DNA of 64,000 nucleotides from Sulfuritalea sp. (GCA_044359585.1 JBIKLV010000010.1:3319-67318); one strand, 5' to 3'. Shown: positions 1-10,177, counted from the first letter of the stretch. A program made the numbers and translations. The notes: a model not told the origin generated them from the letters alone.

Positions 1-249
1 ATGGCGGCCGTCATCGTCGCTATCTTCGCCGTGTTCCATGGCCATGCACACGGTACAGAACTTCCGGAATCCGCCAACGCGATGGCCTATTCCCTAGGAT
101 TCGTGATGGCGACCGGCCTGTTGCACGCCTGTGGCATCCTGATTGGGGAAATCAATCGCAAGAAGTACGGTACCTATGTATTGCGCGTGATCGGCGCCTT
201 GATTGGTGCGGGCGGTGTGTATTTTCTGTTCGCAGCTCTGAAGGGTTAG
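1..249 (+). CDS. HupE/UreJ-family nickel transporter / hydrogenase-urease accessory protein (C-terminal part, truncated by window start)
   Basis: FAVFHGHAHGTELP motif and hydrophobic helices typical of the HupE/UreJ C-terminal half. Confidence 0.85.
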   Translation: MAAVIVAIFAVFHGHAHGTELPESANAMAYSLGFVMATGLLHACGILIGEINRKKYGTYVLRVIGALIGAGGVYFLFAALKG

Positions 250-253
250 TCGT

Positions 254-898
254 TTGCTTGGTACTACGGCTCGGTTGCCTGGCCATAGGGCTGCCGTTGC
301 GCTACTTCTAGTTTGCGGCACTGCGGTATTGGCTTGTGGCGACGCTCAAGCGCATGGCGCAATAAAGGGGATTAACGACTTTCATGCCGGAATGATTCAC
401 CCGGTGACAGAACTTATCCACGTACTCCCAATATTCGTGCTTGGAATGCTGCTCGGTCAACATGGAATCGCGCGTACGGAACCGGCCTTGTGGCTGTTTC
501 CACTGGCGCTGGCGGTCGGCGGTGCTTTGGCATTGGCTGTGCCCGCCCTTCCCAGTGTCGATGCAATAAACGTTTTTTCGCTAATCTTGCTTGGCGTGCT
601 GGTTGCATCCGCACGGCAGCTGCCAGCGACAATTCTGATGTCCCTAGTTGTTGCGTTCGGCGTAACGCACGGCTATGGCAACGGAACCGCCCTAACCGTA
701 GACATGCGCAAATTGATGTTTCTTTCCGGAATGACCTTGTCAGGCTTCTTTGTAATGGCTTACGGCTTGATCATCACTTCAAGTCTCTTGAGCAAGGGGC
801 CTGCATGGTTTGCGATCGTTGTTCGAGTACTTGGAAGTTGGGGAGCTGCGATCGGACTTCTCGTGCTCGCAGTTACCCGGAAGGCTCTCTTTCCATAG
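254..898 (+). CDS. HupE/UreJ-family membrane protein, second divergent copy
   Basis: Signal-like N-terminus, AQAHG..F.AGMIHP..H motif, second HGYGNG motif, several TM segments; exact start uncertain. Confidence 0.8.
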   Translation: MLGTTARLPGHRAAVALLLVCGTAVLACGDAQAHGAIKGINDFHAGMIHPVTELIHVLPIFVLGMLLGQHGIARTEPALWLFPLALAVGGALALAVPALPSVDAINVFSLILLGVLVASARQLPATILMSLVVAFGVTHGYGNGTALTVDMRKLMFLSGMTLSGFFVMAYGLIITSSLLSKGPAWFAIVVRVLGSWGAAIGLLVLAVTRKALFP

Positions 899-1090
899 TG
901 ATTTTTAAACCAGAAATCTAGCCACAGAACAGCCGCAATCGAACACATAACGGTCGTTCGATTTGACAGAGGCGCGCACTATTCAAAGTCGGCTCTTGGC
1001 CGATCACCGCCAGCCGCGTAATCAGATTCCCTGCCGTAAAGCTGCCGTCCAATCTGAGCCATTTGCATCTACACGCTGGCTTTGCGTTGA

Positions 1091-2353
1091 TCAGGCAGCA
1101 CCCCGTATCGGCTGGACCACCGCATCGGTCGGCACCGTGGCGCAATACACGGCCCACTCCGCCATCAATGCCGCACGCTTGGCGAACTGCGAACCGCGCT
1201 GATAAGCACGTTCGACCGCATCCGGCAATTGGTGAGCCAGCGCATGTTCGGCTACCTCACGCGGGTAATTGGTGGTCTCTGCCGCCCACATACGGAAAGT
1301 GCTGCGGAAGCCATGAACGGTGATGCTTTCGCCATTGGCATCCGCCCAGACGGGCTTTTTGTCGCCGTTCATGCGTCGGATCACGGCAGTCAGCGACATG
1401 TCCGACAAGGGCTGGCCTTTCGTACCGGCAAACACCACATCAGCATCGTCGCCCTTAGTCATCGACTCCAGCAAGGCAAGCGCCGCGTCGCTCAACGGCA
1501 CCTGGTGTTCCCGTTTGGCCTTCATGCGTTCGGCCGGTATCGTCCAGAGCTTGCCGGCCGTATCGAACTCGGACCATCGAGCACCACGTACCTCGCCCGA
1601 CCGGCAGGCGGTCAGGATGGCGAACTCGACCGCTCGGGCGGATACACCCTCACGCACTCGCAAGGCCGACATGAACGCGCCGATGCGCTGCCAGGGTAGC
1701 GATGGATGGTTCTTCGTCCGGCTGCTCTTGCTGATCGTTGCCAGCAGGTTTTCGAGGTGGCCTTTCCAGCGGGCAGGATTCTCACCGGTACGATAGCCGC
1801 TGGTGGTTGCCCAGCCGAGCACCGACTCGATACGACCACGCACGCGACTGGCAGTTTCGGTCTTGCTCTCCCAGATCGGCGCAAGACACTTCACGACCAG
1901 GCCGGTGTCGATCTCGGCCACAGGCAAATGGCCAAACACCGGGCTGGCGTAGGTGTTGAGCGTGTTGGTCCATTGGTCGCCATGCTTGGCGTTCTTCCAG
2001 CCCACCTTGTGTGCAAGGATGTACGCCTCGGCACACTGGTCGAAGCTCATCATCTTGGCGTCGGCCAGCGCGGCGGCGATCTGGTTCTGCTTCTTGGCCG
2101 CCAAAGGATTGATGCCATCGAGCAGCAGCTTCCGCGCATCCAGCGCCTTCTGCCGCGCCTCGGCCAGACTCACGGTATGGGTTGGCCCCAGCCCCATCCC
2201 AAACGGCTTGCCAGCGACCATGTAGCGCAACAGCCAGGACTTCGCGCCCGTGGCGGTGATCTGGAGCGTCAAACCACCTCCGTCGCCATACAGCCCCGGC
2301 TTGGTAAGCTTGCTGACTTGGAGTGCAGAAAGTCGTTGTTGTTGGCGTGCCAT
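1091..2353 (-). CDS. P4-like tyrosine recombinase/integrase
   Basis: N-terminal YGDGGGLTLQ arm-binding domain; catalytic R (RSGE), HGFR, H (LAHQL) and Y (AYQR) all present. Confidence 0.95.
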   Translation of the reverse strand: MARQQQRLSALQVSKLTKPGLYGDGGGLTLQITATGAKSWLLRYMVAGKPFGMGLGPTHTVSLAEARQKALDARKLLLDGINPLAAKKQNQIAAALADAKMMSFDQCAEAYILAHKVGWKNAKHGDQWTNTLNTYASPVFGHLPVAEIDTGLVVKCLAPIWESKTETASRVRGRIESVLGWATTSGYRTGENPARWKGHLENLLATISKSSRTKNHPSLPWQRIGAFMSALRVREGVSARAVEFAILTACRSGEVRGARWSEFDTAGKLWTIPAERMKAKREHQVPLSDAALALLESMTKGDDADVVFAGTKGQPLSDMSLTAVIRRMNGDKKPVWADANGESITVHGFRSTFRMWAAETTNYPREVAEHALAHQLPDAVERAYQRGSQFAKRAALMAEWAVYCATVPTDAVVQPIRGAA

Positions 2354-2364
2354 CTATTCGCTCC

Positions 2365-2500
2365 ACTATCAAATTGACTATCAAACTATAGCCGGATTTG
2401 ACGGGATCGTAAAGAACTATCTTGGATGCTGTTGTTGTATATCTTGTTGTTATGTAATGTACTTTATGGACTGCTTGGGATTCTGTCGAACTACTATCAG
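2365..2500 (+). repeat. Repeated ACTATC(AAA) motifs, candidate integrase arm-type sites
   Basis: ACTATCAAA at 2365-2373 and 2377-2385, ACTATC at 2416-2421, ACTATCA at 2494-2500. Confidence 0.5.
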
Positions 2501-2505
2501 GCGGA

Positions 2506-2519
2506 CTGCGTCTCCGCCA
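2506..2519 (+). other. Putative att core: displaced tRNA-Ser-like 3' end CTGCGTCTCCGCCA
   Basis: Ends in CCA, resembles tRNA-Ser 3' ends (..TCTCCGCCA), lies ~150 bp upstream of the integrase start and is followed by a terminator. Confidence 0.6.
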
Positions 2520-2526
2520 GAGAACC

Positions 2527-2560
2527 AAGCAAAACGCCCCTTTCCGGGGCGTTTTGCTTT
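2527..2560 (+). terminator. Intrinsic (probably bidirectional) terminator
   Basis: Perfect 14-bp stem AAGCAAAACGCCCC / GGGGCGTTTTGCTT with 5-nt loop. Confidence 0.8.
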
Positions 2561-2738
2561 CTGGTACCTGCTTCTTTCCTCGGGATTCAAGTCGCCCCGC
2601 CTCAGGGCATCATGGCCGCCGGACGGATGGCCTGCGACAGAATTGGGCGACTCATTGGTTCCCGACACATGGCCCACGGATACGACTTGCAAAGCCGGGA
2701 CCTGCGTACTAAGCTTCAAGCAGTCGCAGGGGGGCGCA

Positions 2739-2996
2739 ATGGTCGCAATTTCGTCAATCTCGAGTACCAACCTGAGCGCGATTCGACAGGCGCAGGCAAA
2801 CGTTGCAAGTGCGGATGACTATGCCAGATCGCTGCAAAGCATGAGCAGGGAAGCCGAGCGCGCACTGAATCAGGCCCAGGCCAACGCCGACTCCATTGCC
2901 GCGGAATCGGATCAGGCCCAAGCTGCCGCCGTGAGTGCGCGCCAGCGGCTGGCAGCGATCGGCAGTATTGGCGGCTTCATCGATACGATGGCATAA
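2739..2996 (+). CDS. Small Ala/Gln-rich helical hypothetical protein (85 aa) ending GGFIDTMA
   Basis: ATG at 2739 after GGGGG, coiled-coil-like composition; 3' part of track ORF 2250..2996. Confidence 0.7.
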   Translation: MVAISSISSTNLSAIRQAQANVASADDYARSLQSMSREAERALNQAQANADSIAAESDQAQAAAVSARQRLAAIGSIGGFIDTMA

Positions 2997-3023
2997 GCCG
3001 CACAGCAGAAAGGAAAGACAATC

Positions 3024-3245
3024 ATGGCTTCGAGTGAAATCAGTTCCGTGACCGCCCAGGCACCGCAGGTACAACAACCGCGCCAATCGACCCAGCCGGA
3101 GGCCGCGAAAAAGGACATCAGCGAGGCCGAGCGCGAAAGGCAGTTGCGGGCGCAGCAACAGGCCCAGGCGCAAGCACAGGAACAAAAGCCGGTGACCAAT
3201 ACCCAGGGTCAGGTCACGGGCACCATCATCAACACCACGGCCTGA
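3024..3245 (+). CDS. Small Gln-rich hypothetical protein (73 aa) ending GQVTGTIINTTA
   Basis: AGGA RBS, biased composition, motif-like C-terminus. Confidence 0.75.
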   Translation: MASSEISSVTAQAPQVQQPRQSTQPEAAKKDISEAERERQLRAQQQAQAQAQEQKPVTNTQGQVTGTIINTTA

Positions 3246-3674
3246 ACGCAGACCATGGCGGGAGCAGAACTCCCGTAACGCGCGCCTGCTTGCCCGAGCC
3301 GTTTGTTGTTGGTCTGACGCCGACCCCGCGGACCAACAAAGCGAGGCAGCGCCCCCATACGGTTCGACATTCGCCCCGAGCCCGGCGAACGGGGCCGTCT
3401 CCGTGGCCAATGCTTCCCAGTTTCACATAGCTCCCAACTGACCAAAAATGAGTGCCGCTGCCCCATCGGCCTGCGAGTGATCATCCGAATGCCGACTGCA
3501 CGCCATGCCCCGTCCTTGGTCGGCTCCGGCTTGACTACCATGCCATCGAAGCGAATACCCGTTAGGCCGAAAAGACTATTGCAATGGACTACCGGGGTCC
3601 CTAAGCTCTTACCCAATGGCAGGGAGTCACTTTTCTGCATGTTTCGATCAAATAAAGAATGGGAGCCCAGAAAA

Positions 3675-4394
3675 ATGTCCATTGCGAAGAATCGCCGCAT
3701 CCATGCGAATGCCCTTTCAATCGTGAAGCCCGGCCGACTCGCGCTGGCGATCGGCGTCATGTTCGCCGCTGCGTCGTCCGTGGCCCTCGCGGACCCGGTT
3801 ACCGCTTTTTCGGACAACTTCGAAAACGGACTCGGTGCATGGACAGACCGTACTCCGGGCAATCCCCAATCGATCATTGCGCTCGATCCACTGAACTCGT
3901 CCAACCACGTTCTCGCCTTTGTCCAACTGGGATCGGCCGGCAGCATCTTCACCACCAACAGCATCGTGTCAAGCGGCCTGTTTACCGTTTCCTTCGATTT
4001 TCTGGGACGACCGATCGCGCCGGGCGTGCCCACGGGCGGGTTCTTCGGCATCAGCAACAGCGTTTTTCAAGGAGGCTTTGCCGGGCCCCATCAATGGGTT
4101 GCCGGCGACCCGTCCTACCCGGTTCCCATCCACCTGGTTTCCGACAACACCTGGCACAGCTACAGCCTGACTTTCAGTTCGCAAATCGGCCAGACAGTCC
4201 ATCTGATGTTTGAAGACTTTGGTGGTGCGGACGGTGCGGCCAATGCGTACTTCGACAACATCCGCTTCAACGATTCATCGGTTGCACCCGCCCCGCTTAC
4301 CCCGGTGCCGGAACCCGAAACCTACGCGATGATGCTGGCTGGCCTGGGACTGCTCGGGCTGACGGCAAGGCGACGGAAACAGAAGGCCGCCTGA
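3675..4394 (+). CDS. PEP-CTERM sorting-domain exported protein
   Basis: Signal peptide (..SSVALA-DP) and C-terminal VPEPETYAMMLAGLGLLGLTARRRKQ; likely start ATG 3675. Confidence 0.92.
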   Translation: MSIAKNRRIHANALSIVKPGRLALAIGVMFAAASSVALADPVTAFSDNFENGLGAWTDRTPGNPQSIIALDPLNSSNHVLAFVQLGSAGSIFTTNSIVSSGLFTVSFDFLGRPIAPGVPTGGFFGISNSVFQGGFAGPHQWVAGDPSYPVPIHLVSDNTWHSYSLTFSSQIGQTVHLMFEDFGGADGAANAYFDNIRFNDSSVAPAPLTPVPEPETYAMMLAGLGLLGLTARRRKQKAA

Positions 4395-4415
4395 GCGAGC
4401 GCAGCATTTGTCAAA

Positions 4416-4444
4416 ACAACCCCGCTTCGGCGGGGTTGTCGTTT
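4416..4444 (+). terminator. Intrinsic terminator between convergent genes
   Basis: ACAACCCCGC-TTCG-GCGGGGTTGT hairpin. Confidence 0.75.
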
Positions 4445-4570
4445 GTACATCGGCAACGACCCGGCGCCGTGACGGATTGCGCTGCATGGCTGGTACCCAA
4501 AGGATGGGCGGCTGCGATGCGCGCAGATGGTTTTGCCGCCGCCTGGTTTCGGCAGTGAACCCCCTCGCCG

Positions 4571-5989
<1,419 letters not shown>

Positions 5990-5992
5990 GGT

Positions 5993-7345
5993 TCAGGCCC
6001 TGGGCAAAACTACGCTGACGACCGTGCCGCCCGCCTCGCCGGCGCCCAGCGCCAGCGTGCCGCCGTAGCGCTCGACCACCCGGCGTGCCAGCGGCAGCCC
6101 GAGGCCGAGCCCCTTGGGCTTGGTCGTGAAAAACGGTCGGAACACCTGCTCGCGGATGTCCGGCGCGATGCCGCCGCCGTGGTCGGCGATGTCGACCCGC
6201 AGGCGGTTGCCGTCATGATCGGCCAGCCCGACCCGGCAACGGCCACCGGCCTGCATCGCCTCGGCGGCATTGCTCAACAGGCTGTCGAACACCTGCCGCA
6301 GCAGCGCCATGTCGGCGGCGACGATGGGCTTGGCTGCCGCGCATTCGCAGACCAGCGTCAGGCCCTGCCGCTCGAAGGCCGGCAGGTGGTCGGCGACGCA
6401 GCGCACCAGCAACTCGCCGAGGTCGCCAGGGGCGCCGGATTGCATCGCCTTGCCGGAAAAGTTCAGCAGCTCGACGATGCGCGCCGATATCCGGTCGACT
6501 TCGCGGATGATGTCCTGGGCCTGCTCCGAACAATCCTCGGTCGGCGCTTCGAGCGCCAGTTCCGCGGCGGAGCGGATCGACGACAGCGGGTTGCGGATGT
6601 TGTGCGCCACCGACGAGGTCAGCTCGCCGACCACCGCAAGCGTCTCGGCCTCGACCAGGCGCGCATGCTGCAGCTGTATCGTGCTGTCGGCGCGGCGGAT
6701 CATCCAGAACAGCGTGAGGTAGAGCAGCAGCGCGCTGCCCAGCGCCGTCAGGCCGACCTGCACCCGCCCTTCGTTGATTGCTTCCGATAGCGCCAGCGGC
6801 GCCTTGTAGAGCTCGACGACGCCAACTACCTGGCCGTCGGGGCGCTTCACCGGAATGTAGCTTTCGACGAAGAATTCGATCGACGGATTGAGGCCCTCGT
6901 GCTCGCGCTTTTCCTGGCTCGACGCCGTGATGCGTCCGGCATGGACGACGAGCTCGCCCTTCATGGCATCGTCGAGTTCGTCGTTGTCGGCGAAGCGGCG
7001 CCCGATCAACTGCGGATCGCTGGACCAGAGGACGGACCGGTCCTGGCCGAAGACGTTGGCACGCAACACGTCGCGCATGGTGGACAGATGTTCCACGGTG
7101 TTGCGAAAGCGCGCCGCGAGTTCCGGGTCGCTCGGCCGCGTAAGGAACTCGAGCGAGCCGTCGGCGACCATGATGTTCTGCACGAATTCGCGGCTGATCG
7201 AGGCTTCGCGCTGGAACAGGTGACTGTTGAGGAAGTTGGAGATCAGCCAGACGTTGGCCAGCGCGATCGCGGCAATGACGATCGGGCTGAGCCAGGCGAA
7301 CCAGCGCAGCAGGTTGAATGGTTTGCCGTGTTCCCCGTTTGCCAT
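5993..7345 (-). CDS. Membrane sensor histidine kinase with periplasmic sensor domain
   Basis: Two TM segments flanking ~160 aa, H-box VAHNIRNPL, N box, FFTTKPKGLGLGL. Confidence 0.93.
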   Translation of the reverse strand: MANGEHGKPFNLLRWFAWLSPIVIAAIALANVWLISNFLNSHLFQREASISREFVQNIMVADGSLEFLTRPSDPELAARFRNTVEHLSTMRDVLRANVFGQDRSVLWSSDPQLIGRRFADNDELDDAMKGELVVHAGRITASSQEKREHEGLNPSIEFFVESYIPVKRPDGQVVGVVELYKAPLALSEAINEGRVQVGLTALGSALLLYLTLFWMIRRADSTIQLQHARLVEAETLAVVGELTSSVAHNIRNPLSSIRSAAELALEAPTEDCSEQAQDIIREVDRISARIVELLNFSGKAMQSGAPGDLGELLVRCVADHLPAFERQGLTLVCECAAAKPIVAADMALLRQVFDSLLSNAAEAMQAGGRCRVGLADHDGNRLRVDIADHGGGIAPDIREQVFRPFFTTKPKGLGLGLPLARRVVERYGGTLALGAGEAGGTVVSVVLPRA

Positions 7346-7385
7346 TGCCTCTACCTTGAATTCCCCGTCCCGGACGCGCCGCGTT

Positions 7386-8360
7386 TTACCAGCTTATCGC
7401 ATACGCCAGCGAGACCTGGCGATAGCGATTCTCGTAGAGCGCCAGGTTCGCGCGATTGGTGGCGGCGATCGCCTCGAACTTGAGGGTTTGTCCCGGCGCG
7501 ACTTCATAGGCGCCGCCGAATTCGACCGTGGTCGCGCGGTCGCGGCGCGCCGGCAGGCCGGGCAGCGGCGTATCGTCGAACACGGCGGATTGCCATGACA
7601 TGCCCGCGCTCCAGCCGATGCCCCATTGCCTGCGGTCCAGCGACACCCGGAAGAACGCGTTGCGATTCGCCAGTTCGGCGAAGCCGCGATCGTTGCGTTC
7701 GCGGCCGACGGCGATCTCGAGGTCGATCGCATCGATGCCCGGCACGGGCTCGACCTGGCGTCGCTTCACCATGAACAGGGTGGCGGTCGAATCGAGGTCG
7801 ACCAGGTCATCCCAATGGCGATTGGTGCCGCGATCGAGGAACAGCAGCCAGTGATTGCCGGCAAGGTCGCCGGTCGCCCAGTCGGCATGCCAGCCGCGTA
7901 CCGAGCGGAAGCGTTCGCCGGCCACCTCGATCCGCTGCAGGTTGGGCCCAATGCCGAAGTAGCCCCCGGCGAAGGGGGTGCGCAGCATCGGATTGACCGA
8001 TGCCATGGCGAAATCGAGTGCCTGCACGCCCGGCGCCCGCTTGTAACGAATGTCGCCACCCAGAGCCAGACGCGATTCGGCGCCGAGCGCCCAGTCGGTG
8101 AATCCGCTGATGCCTCCCTGGTAATGCGTTCCGGCCAGGCGATCGAAGCCGTCGAGGCGGATCAGCACGCCTTCGGGAGAAATGCGGACCAGCGGGGACG
8201 TCTGCGACTCATGGCCGACGCCGAACTCGGCGGCGAAGTTCGTCGTGGTCGGCGGCCCGGATACCGGACCGGCGACTTCGGCCAGCGCCGGCAAGGCCAG
8301 GGCAAAGCCGAGCGCCGCCAGGCCGCGCGCTGCGCGAGCGGCCAGCGTGGCGACGATCAG
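7386..8360 (-). CDS. Outer-membrane beta-barrel protein, Slam/DUF560-like C-terminus
   Basis: Signal peptide ending LPALA-EV, amphipathic beta strands, terminal NRANLALYENRYRQVSLAYAISW; start probably the in-frame CTG at 8360 overlapping the upstream TGA (alternative ATG 8429). Confidence 0.65.
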   Translation of the reverse strand: MIVATLAARAARGLAALGFALALPALAEVAGPVSGPPTTTNFAAEFGVGHESQTSPLVRISPEGVLIRLDGFDRLAGTHYQGGISGFTDWALGAESRLALGGDIRYKRAPGVQALDFAMASVNPMLRTPFAGGYFGIGPNLQRIEVAGERFRSVRGWHADWATGDLAGNHWLLFLDRGTNRHWDDLVDLDSTATLFMVKRRQVEPVPGIDAIDLEIAVGRERNDRGFAELANRNAFFRVSLDRRQWGIGWSAGMSWQSAVFDDTPLPGLPARRDRATTVEFGGAYEVAPGQTLKFEAIAATNRANLALYENRYRQVSLAYAISW

Positions 8361-8545
8361 ACGCCCTTGCGGCAGACCTGCTTGTAGGTATTGGTGTTGT
8401 TCACGGAGGAAACCAGCACCCAGGTGCATTTGACGCCGTGGCCCAGGCTGGTGCTGTTGCCAGCCGAAGCCGGAGTCACCATTGGCAAGGTCAGAAGCGA
8501 TGCTGCGATCAGGTAGGAAACGATTTGCGTGGCGACGTTGTTCAT
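8357..8545 (-). CDS. 62-aa secreted peptide: signal peptide plus 34-aa mature region with two Cys
   Basis: GGAG RBS, Sec signal ending PASA, mature GNSTSLGHGVKCTWVLVSSVNNTNTYKQVCRKGV. Confidence 0.8.
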   Translation of the reverse strand: MNNVATQIVSYLIAASLLTLPMVTPASAGNSTSLGHGVKCTWVLVSSVNNTNTYKQVCRKGV

Positions 8546-8630
8546 GATAGTTCTCCATTGGGGTCAGGGTCTTCGGGCTTGAATCCCGGTCACACCAGAC
8601 TCCATCGGAGCCGGTGTTGCCCAACTGGTA

Positions 8631-8646
8631 TGCAGAAACAGTGCCA
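8631..8646 (-). promoter_or_regulatory. Sigma-54 (-24/-12) promoter
   Basis: TGGCACTGTTTCTGCA with exact GG-N10-GC spacing, ~85 bp upstream of the peptide start. Confidence 0.8.
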
Positions 8647-8662
8647 GCCTGGAACGTGCTCA

Positions 8663-8693
8663 CAAGAAACTGATTTATATATGAAATAAAAAG
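8663..8693 (-). promoter_or_regulatory. IHF binding site with adjacent A/T tract
   Basis: AATCAG-TTTC-TTG (8663-8675, minus) matches WATCAR-N4-TTR, just upstream of the -24 element. Confidence 0.6.
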
Positions 8694-8853
8694 TCGCGCC
8701 ATGCTGGCCGGGAGTCGGGAACTGATTTGCCCCACCACAAATGGGTGATATGACCCAGAACTTGGTGGAGGGCCAGATTGCCGCGCATTGCAAGCGAAGA
8801 GGACGGAATGCCGGCTGTCGCCGTGCTTGGCCGGCCCGATTCAGGACGGATGC

Positions 8854-9462
8854 TCACGTGCCGTGGCCCGATCCGGCAAACGACGCGGATCGCCACTGCC
8901 CGACGAAGGCGGTCGCGGCCGGAAGCCAGTCCAAAAAATCCTCGCGGAAACCCTCCGCATCGACGAGGAACTCGTCTTCCCCGCCGGCCAGCGGATTGGG
9001 CCGCCGTGCGCGCCGCGCCATGCGGGCGAGGACGTCGGCGATGCCGTCGATCCGCGCATAACCGTGGAACCAGTCTTCGGAGGCCATCAGCGTCAGGGCG
9101 TAATGCGAATCCAGCGGCAGGTCGGCGAAGCGCTCGGCGACCTGCCGATAGACGTCGTGGCGGTACTCGGCAAAGGGCCGGGGGTGCAGTTGCGCCCACT
9201 CGCGCGCCAGCAGGTGGTCGTAGAAAATGTCGACAAGCACGCCGGCATAGCGGCGGCGCGCGGGTGAGACGCGGGCGCGGCTGCGGCGAAAGGCCGGATG
9301 GGTTTCGGCATGGCTGTCGATGGCGCGATGCAGGGCGACGCCGCGCGCAAGGTCGGGCGGCAGGCGGCCGGGCAGCGGGCCCTTGATCCAGTCGCCGACG
9401 ACGCCGCCGACCACCAGCGCGGGGTCGTCGCCGGCCAGGAGGGCATGGGCGAGGAAGTTCAT
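8854..9462 (-). CDS. acpH: ACP phosphodiesterase
   Basis: MNFLAH..GDW.KG..LHRAID..D.FYDH motifs. Confidence 0.9.
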   Translation of the reverse strand: MNFLAHALLAGDDPALVVGGVVGDWIKGPLPGRLPPDLARGVALHRAIDSHAETHPAFRRSRARVSPARRRYAGVLVDIFYDHLLAREWAQLHPRPFAEYRHDVYRQVAERFADLPLDSHYALTLMASEDWFHGYARIDGIADVLARMARRARRPNPLAGGEDEFLVDAEGFREDFLDWLPAATAFVGQWRSASFAGSGHGT

Positions 9463-9481
9463 GGGCGGGTATTATCGGGCC

Positions 9482-10177
9482 ATGGACCCACTGCTCACCG
9501 CGATCGAACTGCAATCCGACGAATCCCCGCGTTTTTCCGTGATCTGGATGCATGGCCTCGGCGCCGACGGCTCGGATTTCGTGCCGGTGGTGCCGCACCT
9601 GGGCCTCGACGATGCGCCTTCCATGCGCTTCGTCTTCCCCAATGCGCCGCAGATTCCGGTGACCTGCAACGGCGGCTACGTGATGCCGGCCTGGTACGAC
9701 ATCATCACGCTCGACAGCACCACGCGCACCGTGGACGAAGCCGGCATCGTGCGCAGCCGGGAAGCCATCCGCCGCCTGATCGAGCGCGAGAACCAGCGCG
9801 GCGTGCCCAGCGAGCGCATCTTCGTCGCCGGCTTCTCGCAGGGCGGCGCGATCGCCTACGCCACCGCGCTGACCCATCCGCAGCGCCTGGCCGGGATCAT
9901 CGCCCTGTCGACCTACATCCCGACGCCGGCACTGCTCGAGACCGAAGCCACCGCCGTCAACGCCGTCCTGCCGATCTTCGCCGCCCACGGCACGGAGGAC
10001 GACGTGGTGTCGCCTGAACTGGGCACCCGCGCGCGCGATCTGGTGCTGCGCCTCGGCCATGACGTGGCATGGCACGAGTACCCGATGCCGCATTCGGTGT
10101 GCATCGAAGAGATCATCGACATCGGCGCCTGGCTGCGGGAGCGCATGGACAGCAGCGCGACCGCCAAAACGCCGTAG
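9482..10177 (+). CDS. Carboxylesterase / phospholipase (alpha/beta hydrolase)
   Basis: IWMHGLGA, GFSQGG nucleophile, HG..D, M.HSV; start ATG 9482. Confidence 0.92.
   Translation: MDPLLTAIELQSDESPRFSVIWMHGLGADGSDFVPVVPHLGLDDAPSMRFVFPNAPQIPVTCNGGYVMPAWYDIITLDSTTRTVDEAGIVRSREAIRRLIERENQRGVPSERIFVAGFSQGGAIAYATALTHPQRLAGIIALSTYIPTPALLETEATAVNAVLPIFAAHGTEDDVVSPELGTRARDLVLRLGHDVAWHEYPMPHSVCIEEIIDIGAWLRERMDSSATAKTP

Larger units (their letters stand above)
1..2519. mobile_element. Right-hand end of an integrative genomic island (continues left beyond the window)
   Basis: Intact integrase transcribed away from a tRNA-like 3' fragment (2506-2519); lower GC than the 4.5-28 kb flank. Confidence 0.7.

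Noticed and set aside
2425-2470. AT-rich stretch resembling a dif site
   Set aside because: Lacks the XerC/XerD arm consensus and spacing; better explained as the integrase promoter and att arm
7386-8738. Full 450-aa ORF for the barrel and other extended track starts (fdsA 14108, fdsB 15616, dxs 26055, crp 57763)
   Set aside because: The extensions overlap other genes, promoters or the tRNA and lack family-like sequence; shorter starts with RBS or stop-start overlaps fit better
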